Source of the DNA: Azolla caroliniana
Taxonomy: Eukaryota > Plantae > Polypodiophyta
Assembly (NCBI GenBank): GCA_043228905.1
Contig: JBHGNT010000005.1
Span: 12,214,001-12,278,000, forward strand
DNA: 64,000 nt
Reading direction: 5' to 3'
Positions 50,001 through 61,429 of this stretch are shown here, in pieces (position 1 is the stretch's first letter; every line of letters begins with the position of its first letter). The notes under the pieces were generated by a model. It worked only from the letters and a program-made list of their open reading frames with translations. It did not search any database and was not told where the DNA came from. A program made the position numbers and the translations under genes.

Positions 50001-53000
50001 GCCGTGAGAAGTGAAAGTTCTTCGAGAATATATTGATGAGAATCTTGCAAATGGCTTTATTCGGCATTCCCGATCTCTTGCTGGCGCTCCTTTTTTTTTT
50101 GTTAAGAAGAAAGATGGCTCTTTACGTTTGGTCGTAGACTATCGAGGCTTGAACAAGGTTATGATTCGAAATCGATATGCTCTACCATTGATTCCAAATC
50201 TCTTGGAATCTCTCAATGGGGCCAAATACTTCACAAGGCTAGACTTACGAGGAGCTTACAACCTTGTTCGTATTCGACCTGGTGATGAATGGAAAACTGC
50301 TTTTCGCACACGATATGGTCACTTTGAGTACACAGTAATGCCATTTGGGCTTACAAATTCTCCAACAGTTTTCCAACATATGGCAAATGATATCTTTCGA
50401 GATTTCCTCGATATCTTCACGATAATTTACTTGGATGACATACTAATCTACTCAAAGACACAAGAGGAGCATAATAATCATGTTCGACAAGTTCTACAAC
50501 GATTACGGGAATTTGGTCTTTATGCCAAACTAGAGAAGTGTTGCTTTGACCGCAATCAAGTCGAGTTTCTAGGGTATATGGTCTCTCCAGAAGGTATTTT
50601 TATGGATCCAAAGAAAGTACAAACAATTCTAGATTGGAAGACACCAAGCTCAGTTCGTGATCTGCAATGTTTCTTGGGATTTGCGAATTTCTACCGCAAG
50701 TTCATCAAGAGTTACTCAAAAGTTGTTTTGCCCCTCACGGAACTAACACAGAAGAACCGACCATTTGTATGGACATCAAGCGCAGCTGATGCATTTGATA
50801 GCTTGAAGCAAGCATTTACATCTGCTCCCATTTTGGTCCACGTTAACCTTAAAAAGCCGTTTATCATAGAAGCGGATGCATCTGATTTTGCACTAGGAAG
50901 TGTTCTATCACAAGTAGTGGATGATGAGAAATTACATCCAGTTGCATTTCATTCAAGAAAGTTTGAGCCTATAGAAATCAATTATGAAATCCATGACAAA
51001 GAATTGTTGGCAATTGTTGATTCTTTCGAACAATGGCGTCACTTCTTGGAAGGTTCTCCCCACCAAATTATTGTTTACAACGATCATAAAAACCTCACAT
51101 ACTTTCAAAATGCTCGAGTTCTAAATCGACGACAAGCTCGGTGGGCACAATTTCTAACACGGTTCAATTTTGTGATAACATATCGACCAGGAACACAACA
51201 AGGTAAAGTTGATGCCTTATCAAGACGCTCTTATTTTGCACCAAAACCGGGGGACCCAACTTACGATAATCAAGAACAAGTCCTTTTGAGCCCTAGTCGT
51301 CTACAATTAATGGTGACAAATGTTGCTGAGACAACTTTGGATTCAAAATTTCTTGATTCTATTCGCTCGAGCATTGGTTCAGATGATTTTGCACAAGATA
51401 TTTTAGACCACATTGTTCCAGATCGTGCTTCTTGTTCACGCTCCAAGTTTTCTCGCATGGATTATGGGAACTTCAGTTGGCATGATGGGTTGCTTTTTCG
51501 AAACAACCGTACTTATATTCTCGATGGACCTTTTCAACTTGAAGTCTTGCATCACTGCCAAGATTCACCGCTAGCTGGACATTTCGGAGTTTTGAAAACA
51601 TTAGAGCTAGTTACCCGAAACTATTGGTGGCCTTAGGTTCGTCAATTTGTCATAGACTATGTTTCTACTTGTGATGTATGTTGTCGATCAAAGATGCCTC
51701 GACATCGGCCATATGGTTTGTTGCACCCATTGCCCATTCCAAATGGTCCGTGGAAATCCATTTCTATCGATTTCATCACAGATCTCCCATCTTCCCAAGG
51801 CTATGATGCAATTCTTACAGTGGTGGATCACTTTACGAAAATGGCACATTTTCTTCCATGTAGAAAAACTTTTACTAGTCAAGAATTGACAAGTCTTGTT
51901 ATGCGAGAAGTTTTCAAGCACCATGGCCTTCCAGATGAAATCATTAGTGATCGTGGACCACAATTTATTGCAAAGTTTTGGACACACTTACTTGAGAGCC
52001 TTGGAATTTCTCGTAAACTATCTGCAAGCTACCATCCTCAAACCGATGGGCAAACGGAACACACAAATCAAACATTAGAACAATATATCCGTTGCTTTAT
52101 CAACTATCAACATTGGATCATTTGGCAGAATTTGCTTACAATAATTCAATCCATTCTTCTACGGGATTCACTCCGTTCTTTGCAAACACAAGATATCATC
52201 CTCGATGGATGATGCTCGAATGTCCAAAAGTCTCAAAAAATCCCACGGTCAAAGATCGTGTAGAAAAACTCAAAGAAATTCAAACCAACCTTTCTCACAA
52301 TTTGCTTCATGCTCAAGCCAAGTACAAGAAGGTGGCAGATAAACATCGATTAGATTCTTCACTTGAAGACCCTAAGTTTAAAGTTGGTGATCGTGTCTGG
52401 TTATTGCGTCGTAATGTGAAAACTACTCGACCAAGTGCCAAATTGGATTTCCAACATCTAGGTCCATTTGTAATCTTTCATCAAGTCAATGATGTTGCAT
52501 TTCGTCTGAACCTACCTTCACATATGCGTCTTCATCCAGTATTTCATGTTTCATTATTAGAACCATGGACATCAAGTTCTATTCCAAATCGGGTTATCCC
52601 ACCACCACCTCCGGTTCAACTTGCTGAAGGACCTGAATATGAAGTAGAAGCTATTTTAGACTCTAAGGTCATCCGCAATAAGTTATATTATCTAGTAGAT
52701 TGGCTGGGATACACGCCTGCGGATCAGACATGGGAACCTGCAATGAACGAGTTTCATCTTCGTTATCCCCATAAACCAAAACCTAGTTCATGCATTGCGA
52801 CTCATGGAACTCGTCGTCAAAGGAGGGGATGATGTCACAAAATGTGAATATCACTTCAACCATTGCACCAACTCATTTTCATTAATAAATACATTTTCAT
52901 ATTATTATTATTCAAGAACTCTAGAGCACTAGACACATTAAATGACCGCCAAATGGCATGCACCCTGTACGCCAAGTGGCGCACAACATGTATACCAAAT

Positions 53001-54780
53001 GGCGATCATGCACATTCTGATGTACAGTATATAAGTCGAAGATCTACTTGGTGTTGAACCATTCCGGTTCAACACCAGTCTTCAGCAACCTTGTAATCTT
53101 GGTTTCCGGTAATAGAAATTCTTGTATTTTTGTCTTGTAAACGTCTTCTCGTTTGTTATTATCTTCTTTTCTTCCAAATCGACCTTGTCTTCGAAGCTTT
53201 GGTCACGACAGTGAATTTCACTTATTGCAATCTCATCATCATTCTCCACACATTCATGCATTGTGAAGTTTTTATTGTGTTCAACACATTCTTCATCATC
53301 TTTCTCTCCATATATATAACTCAAGGATTGTTTTGTCTCAATCCCGGGATAATTCCACCATTGCCCATTGTGTTTAGGCTTCATATTTAACGACTCACAT
53401 AAAATTTGGGCTTCTTTTAAACCTTCTTTAAGTGCAAAAACAAGTTGATCATCATTTGAGATATCAATGTAGTCTTTTAAGTTTGCAAGAGGCTTGTCAT
53501 GCATGAAATTGAGTTTAGACCATATTGATTCTTGCTTCTTATGAGCTCTTGGAAAAACCAATCCATTATCAATGCACTCAAATTTGGCAAGCTTGTTTAC
53601 ATTTCTGCTACAATGCAAAACATCTGATATATCAAACGCACACTCCATACCAATCATTCCCCCTATTTTACTAAAAAATATCTCAGCTCCATCAGACACT
53701 GTGAGATGCAATGGACATTCTAGTTGTGGATAAAAGTCACGAAACATTTTTATAAGTAAAACTACAAAGTGACAAGATATTTGTACATCCAAAAATGTTT
53801 CTCGACTAATGAAATTACTTTTTACGTTATAAATTGGATTATCTAGAATCCATAATTCCATATTTGAAAGAAGAATGCAACTTTAGATGCAAGTACCACA
53901 CGTTTGAATAAGCTCTCATGAGGGGATAGAAAAATATCAATATAGTCACCTAATATATGCAAGTATACATGTGTTCCCAAAGCGCCTCTTTCTCTTACTT
54001 TGACACCTTCTCCACCTTGGTATAACATCTTTAAACAATTAGTAACATTTCTACTTGTAATTCTTTGAGCTCCATCCCAATTTTGTCTATCTTCTCTCGT
54101 AATATCACATTCCCTTAAGCCATGTGCATCAATAGAGAAGTTATTATATACCAAAGACACATGATTCAATGTGATCCCTACATCCCCAATTACTAATTGT
54201 CTTGAGGGATTATCTAGTGCATTCACAAGTTTCTTTCCATTATGGATGAAATCTTGATCTTGATCTTGACCATATCATTATGCATTTGACCTGTGAAGAT
54301 CCAACCATCCCAAGGCAATTTATATCTTTAGCATATGCTTGGGGTTAAGTAATCTTGAAGCATAATCTTTCTTCTCCTACTATCTCCATCCGATGCATGT
54401 CCAACAATTGGCCCAATACTTGTGGAGAGGTGTTTTTCCCATAAAGTTTCCACTTCATTCCATTGGCATTTTACAAAATCTGCATCAAAGCAATTACATG
54501 TACATTGTACAACCAATACTAATCGTGGAAGTTTAGGGTGAAGAGGATTCGCAATTAACACCCTAGCATAGTGTCCAACCACATAGTCTTTAAAGGAGCT
54601 AACAATGGTTTCATAACCAGCATTAGAGTCACCCACCTTTATCATACATGATGAGACACATTGATGATTGAATGACTTCAGCCCACAAAAACCCAAAAGT
54701 AAATCATTTGAGCTATCCCACTTAACATTCCGCTTAATCACAGTCTCATCCTCAACAATAACGAAAGGAACCTTTGTTAT
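47037..54780 (-). pseudogene. P-element-like DDE transposase (54780-53211 joined to 47696-47037), N-terminus missing
   Basis: Motif order EDET...GFCG, GHASDGDSRRRK, DFIHNGKKLVN (D-x2-H-x2-K), DRQNW..A, SDGAEIFFSKIGG parallels the P transposase motifs DEM, SD, DxxHxxK, D..E..F; frameshifts and a nested Gypsy. Confidence 0.62.
47702..53210 (+). mobile_element. Full-length Tcn1-type Ty3/Gypsy chromovirus nested in the P-like transposase
   Basis: LTRs 47702-48116 and 52833-53210; TSD GCGAA/GTGAA (47697-47701, 53211-53215); gag 48176-49240; pol 49228-52832 (LLDSGANSCF, IYLDDIL, chromodomain YEVEAILDSK...TWEP); PPT aggaggggatga. Confidence 0.94.
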
Positions 54781-54784
54781 AATG

Positions 54785-54796
54785 CACATATTGTAT

Positions 54797-54837
<41 letters not shown>

Positions 54838-54927
54838 ATGTATGTGTGCAACTATTGTATTGTATGTATGTGTTATATGTGTATATAGGTATGTGTGTAT
54901 GTATGTTCCATACAACATATATGTGTG

Positions 54928-54958
<31 letters not shown>

Positions 54959-57900
54959 TTATGTATGTATTGTTTGTATTCCATGTGTATGTATGAATGT
55001 GTGTACATATTGTATTGTATGTATGTGTTATATGTGTAAATGTGTATGTATGTGTATATAGGTACGTGTGTATATATGTACATATTGTATTGTAATGTAT
55101 TAATTTCGTTTATTGTATGTATGGCCCGTGTGTGTGTGTGTTTATGTATGTATGTATGTATGTATGTGCGTGTGTGTGTGTGGCTAAGAATTTATGTGTT
55201 GGTTTATGTTTGTACTTATGTGTACCTGTAAAATATTTGTAGAGTAGTTGTGGCAGCCCCACAGAGAATAATGGTGAGCAAAAGCGGCACGACAAGGCGA
55301 GCGGTGGCGGCGGCAAAACGAGAACAGAGGCGGCGGCAAAACGAGGACAAAAAGAAGGGGAAAAGAAGCAATCGCAGAAATGAGCAGAAGAAGAGGAGGG
55401 AGCAAAGGAGGAGGCGGCAAATATCTAAATAAAAAAACATGAATGTTTGAATGTATGTTTAGTATGAATGTATGTTATGTATGTATGTGCACATAATGTA
55501 TGCATGAATGAATGAATGAATATATATATATATATATGTAATGTATGCATAAAATATGTATGCTTCAATGAATAAACATGAATGAATGAATATATGAATG
55601 TACATATGTAATATGTAATGTATATATATTTGTATGTGTGTGTGTGTGTGGATATTTGTTTGTAATATGTATGTACATGTAGCAATGTATAAAAGACTGT
55701 ATGTATGTGTATGCATATGCAAATGTACATGATTCAATGTGTATGGATGTGTGATTGTAATATGTGCATAATATCTATGTATATATATGTGTATGTATAT
55801 GTAGCAATGTATAAATGAATATATGTATGTCCATGTACGAATGTACATATGTGTATGCATATATCCATATGTAATGTGTGTGTATGTATAGAAGACTATA
55901 TGTAGGTGTATATATATATATATATATATACGTATGTGTGTATATATCTAATATATGTATGTATGTACGTATGTGTATGTACATGTAGCAATGTATAAAA
56001 GACTATATTTATGTCCATGTACGAATGTATATATGTGTATGCATATATGCATATGCAAATGTACATGATTCAATGTATATTGATGTGTGATTGTAATATA
56101 TGGATAATATCTATGTAGATATATGATGTATATATGTGTATGTATGTGTAGCAATGTATAAATGAAGATATGTATGTCCATATACGAATGTACATATGTG
56201 TATGCATATATCCATATCTAATGTATGTATGTATACATACACGTATGTATGGATGTGTATGCATATATCCATATGACAATGTACACGATTCAATGTGTAT
56301 GGATGTGTGATTGTAATATTTATGTATATATCTAATTTATGTATATGTAGACAGTAGCAATATATAAATGAATATAGGTATGTCCATGTATGAATGTACA
56401 TATGTGTATGCATATATATGACAATGTACATGATTCAATGTATATGAATGTGATTGTAATATATGCATATGCAATGTATGTATGTACACGCATGAATGTA
56501 CATGTATGCATGTACATATGTATATATATGTAATATGCAATGCATGTATGTTTGTATGTGTAATAGTGTACTATGCATACATGAGTGTTTTCATAATATT
56601 TATGTATGTGTAAGTATACATGTATGTATTGTAGTATGTGATGAAATGTATGTATGTATGTATGTGAATGTAACATATTTATGTGTATGCATGTATGTAA
56701 TGTATGTATATATGTGTATGGATGTATGTTTGTAAAGCTTTTAACATTGTAGGCATATGTACAAATATATATGGTGATATGTGGAATATGTATGTACATA
56801 TGTAATGTATGTATGTGTATGCATATATATATATATGTCAATATACATGATTTAATGAGTATGAATATGTTTGTAATATGTGCATATATATCTAATGTAT
56901 GTATGTATGTGTGTGTATGTGGTCATATATATGTAAATGTATGAATGCATGTACATGTATATATGTAATGTATTTATGTATGTATATTTTTGGGATATTT
57001 TCATGTTTAGTACATATGTATATGGCTTGTATATGGATGTATGTTTGTAATATGTACGTAATATGCATGTATATATCCAATGTATGTGTAAGTATACATA
57101 TATCTAATGTGTGTGTGTGTGTGTGTGTATGTAAGTATTGTGGTTTGTATGGTCTAGTATGATCTATACATATGGTGATATGTAGAATATGTATGTACAT
57201 ATGTAATATATCTATGTATGTATATATGTAATTTATGCATGTGTAAATTTGTATATTGTGTAATAGGTATGGATTATGTGCTATGTAATATCTAATTTAT
57301 TTATGTGTATGTATATGTATACATATCTAATGTGTGTGTAAGTATACATATATGTATCTAATGTGTGTGTGTGTAGTATGTATATATATATAAGTATTGT
57401 GGTTTGTATGGTCCCGTATAATCTATACATATATATATGGTGATATGTGGAATATGTATGTACATATGTAATATGTATATCTATGTATGTATCTATATAT
57501 GTATATATGTAATTTATGTATGTGTAAATTTGAATATTGTGTAATATATGCTATGTAATATCTAATTTATTTATGTGTGTGCACGTGTATATATATGTAA
57601 TATATGTAACTTGTTTGTAAGTATGAAGATTTGTATATATATAGTATGTAATCTTAGCCTTTAGGTGTTAATATGTATGTGTATGTGTAATATGTAATTT
57701 ATTTTTGTGTGTTTTGTATGTATATATGCATTTGTGTATGTATATATGTATGTAATATGTAATTTTATTGTATGTATTATGTACATATTTACATATGGTA
57801 ATATATATTTGTACATATATTTATGTTTAGTTAATATGTATGTATAAATGAGTGTAATGTATGTATATACATATTCATGGATGTAGGTATATATGCATGT

Positions 57901-58035
57901 GTGATGTGTGATATATGAATGTAGCCTGTAGGTATATGTGCATGTATATGATATGCATGTGTGATGTGTGTTATGTTTGTGTGTGTATGTATGTACATAT
58001 TGTATTGTATTGTATGTATGGAATGTGTGTATGTG

Positions 58036-58082
<47 letters not shown>

Positions 58083-58625
58083 TTTTATTTTTTGTGTGTT
58101 TGGTTTGTATATTTGCATTTGTATATAATTGTGTGTAAAATAATAAATGTGTGTAATATGTAATATATAAAATATGTTTGTAAGGAAGTGTATGTATAAA
58201 CGTAATATGTAATTTTTATGTATGTATGTCAATATATATGGCCAATTCTAATATGTATGTAATATGTAATGCATGCATGTATGTGTATGTACATATTTAC
58301 ATATGGTAATATATATTTGTACATATGTAATATATAGAATATGTTTGTAAGGAAGTGTATGTATAAATGTAATATGTAATTTTTATGTATGTATGTATTA
58401 TCTATATATGTATATCAATATATATGGCCAATTCTAATATGTATGTAGTATGTAATGCATGCATGTATGTGTATGTACATATTTACATATGGTAATATAT
58501 ATTTATGTTTAGTCAACATGCATGTATAAATGAGTGTAATGTATGTATGTATATACATATTCATGGATGTAATGTTTGAATGTAGGTATATATGGATGCA
58601 TGCATGTATATGTATGTATGTCATT
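54785..58625. repeat. ~3.8-kb (TA/TG/TATG) low-complexity satellite with internal block duplications
   Basis: Direct reading; repeated blocks e.g. ~55670-55870 vs ~55975-56220 and ~58150-58325 vs ~58325-58505; GC-rich island at 55250-55420. Confidence 0.92.
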
Positions 58626-60577
58626 GAAATATCTAATATTTCATGAGCTTATGTAATTTTTTTTTCAGCATAATTGATAATACCCTTATGTAAAAATATT
58701 TTCAAATCTTTATTAATACCCTTATGTATATATATTCTGTATCTCACTGATTAATTAAAACCCCTTTTGATGAACTCACGTGCTATCATACAAGTTTTGA
58801 CAGTGAAGTCCCCGGGAGCAGACTCTATACGTAGTATCAATTGACCCTTTGTACTAAATAATCTGCACTAAATCGACTGATCATCTTGGATCCAATTATA
58901 AGAATAGAACCAAAAGTAAAATTATAAAATCATAGTATAAAAATTGCATAATGCTTAATCACATACCATATGAGTGTACTTTCAAACCCCAAGCTAGGTA
59001 CCATTCGACTCCAACTGTACTTTTTTAGTCCAAACATATATTTTATTTCTCGAAATGGTACTTAGCACATAACAAATGATATGTGTGCAAGCATGGTGTA
59101 ATGATAACATCCATAGACTCAAGCTTGAATCCAAGGCCACAGAATAAACACCTTCAGTAACGAGACACAACATACACTATATTAGTACCAATGATATTTT
59201 ATACCTAGAAGGTCAAAAAGGAGAAATATAAACCAATACCTTTTTCTTTTAGACCCTTCATCAAACATGTTAGATTCTCTGAATGCAGCTTTAAGGTTGA
59301 TAATTGCTCATTAATTTCATTACGAGAAGACCACCATGTCTCTAGATCTTTCTTCTGTGCTTCCAGATGAGTACCCATAGTTGTGAGCTCCTTCTTCAAC
59401 TCCTCTTTTAACATATCACTTTCTGAATTTTGGATTGTTGATGCAATCCATTTGTATGTATTCGACATAGATGTGAATTGTTTCTTTGTTGCCATCTCAC
59501 CAGATGAAACTTCTTCCAAATCAGCCAATAGTGCTTGCATTTTTGTTTGCATGGAAGCTATACAGTGCAACAATCGCTCTTCATGTTTTTTTGTCAGTGT
59601 GGCTTTCTGTTTTGCAATTTGTTGAGTCAACATAGATGTCCGAGTTGGGATTTCAATATGAGAGGTACCCTCAGACTTCATGGTAGTGTTGGTATTTGAG
59701 GACCCTCTATAATGTGATGATCGGTGATGAGCAAAATCTTCTCAATCAGCTTCAATGCCACCATGGAGTTCATATGCAAATGCACGTGCAAAGACAAATC
59801 CTACCTCATTGTTTAGGATATGTTTCGTATCATAAACTTGTTCATATCATGACTTTAGTTCAATGATATAATCCTTCTTCAATTGAGTGAGGTGGAAACC
59901 TCTCCGTGTCTCGGGTTGTGATGAGCCCCAAGTTTTCATCATCCACATGTCTAGGTCTTCATAAGTGTCAGGTCATGCACGAAGGAAATAACCCCATCCC
60001 AATTTTGTACCTCGAAGGATGTTTGTGGGAACCTTTTTGCCCTGAGTTGCTGAAAACTTCGACCTCCCTTTGGTGGGGGTCATCTTACTTTCTTTGATGG
60101 GGGTCCTTTTTCTTTCCTTGCATAGTGTGATGACATTTTCGGTGACCATTTTCTTCTTTGTGGGTGTCTTCCTTGTCATGTGAATCCTGTCTCTCTTCTT
60201 CGCATCACATGCACAACAATAGTAAACAATATTAAATAATATACAATTCAAGGAGATGTCAGATATGAAACATAATGTTAACTACCGATACTTAACATAT
60301 ACACATGTTGACCGACTCTCAAATTCAAGCATATGCATGTACAAAGCTCTCAAATGATCAAGGGAGAACAACAACAACAACAAAACCCTAAACAATAATA
60401 AAAGATAGAATCAAACATACAGATAAACATGTCCCAAACATCGTTATGGTTGCAAATGTAAAAAAACAGATAGAAAGTGACAAAAACAAATAGAATCAAA
60501 CATACAAACATATAGTAAAACAAGTACTAAATGTCGTTGTTGAAGACTTTGAAGAGGGGACGCGTTTGAAACACACT

Positions 60578-60660
60578 AGGTAGAGGGAACCAGGTATAGG
60601 GAACACACCAGGTAGAGGGAACACACCAAGTAGAGGGAACACTTGGAGGTAGAGGGAACA
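60578..60660. repeat. 18-bp minisatellite (ggtagagggaacacacca variants)
   Basis: Five imperfect copies of gtagagggaac. Confidence 0.8.
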
Positions 60661-61091
60661 TGACCAGCAAAGTAGAGACCGATGCGAAGAGGACTTGGTG
60701 TGCAGACCACACTTCAGAGAACGCTTGAGAGAGAGAACGTGGCCAACAGAGGAAAGCTCAATGTAACAAGGACACAGTACAATGGTTGAGAGAGAGAATA
60801 CCTGAGGGAGAGGGGACGATGAGGACACAGTTGAAGACCTGATGTCAATGCAATGAGGACACAATACAACACCTGAGCGTATTGTTGTTGCAAAATGGAC
60901 ATGACAAGCAGGGAATGGGTTTAGGGTTTGCACAGTGAGCAGAGAACGTGGAGAAACCTGTGCAGAAGTTGGAAGAGAGAGATAGAGGGAGGGAGGGAGG
61001 GGGTACGAACGTAGTGAATAAACGAGTAGAAGGGGGAAGGAAAGAGTGTGAGAGAGAGGAGGTACGAACCTAGGGAATTATCAAGTGTAAA

Positions 61092-61125
<34 letters not shown>

Positions 61126-61429
61126 AACTGACAGTTCGAGATAAACTTGTTATTTGCCAAGAGAGACAGAGTGGAAAAGAGACAGGCTGACTATCTTCAT
61201 GATTGACTGACGACTCGAGATCTTATATAGTTAAGACCTCCTTACAACATTACCTAGGATTTTGACACAAGTGATGATTATTCATATTTGAAATCTATAT
61301 TCATTGAATGTGACTTTTAATTTTAAGACAAGTGATCAACTTTTTAAACCCAAATATTGGATTTATTTTTACATTTTTAAGTTTTTCCTCCACATGGAAT
61401 TAGTACTAAAGTTTTGGCCAAAAGTTGGT

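Larger units (their letters stand above)
45959..58818 (-). mobile_element. TIR DNA transposon with P-like transposase, 17-bp TIRs and 4-bp TSD
   Basis: TIRs CTCCTGGGGACTCCACT (45959-45975) and AGTGAAGTCCCCGGGAG (58802-58818), 15/17 match; CAGA at 45955-45958 and 58819-58822. Confidence 0.82.
44520..60200 (-). pseudogene. Multi-exon accessory gene (coiled-coil plus acidic repeats), probably of the Sola2-like element, split by the TIR element at 45959-58818
   Basis: Minus-strand exons ~60200-59240, ~59059-58967, 58853-58819 joined to 45954-45806, small exons ~45575-45497 and ~45392-45329, and ~45228-44520; the splice phase and frame read through once the insertion is removed (STLIC-TKGQLILRIESAANSKVHGRSLVVPDEVY). 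Confidence 0.6.

Noticed and set aside
54668-58624. Many His/Tyr/Ile- or Cys/Val/Met-rich ORFs
   Set aside because: Translations of TA/TG simple repeats; the same applies to ERERER and SLSLSL ORFs at GA tracts.
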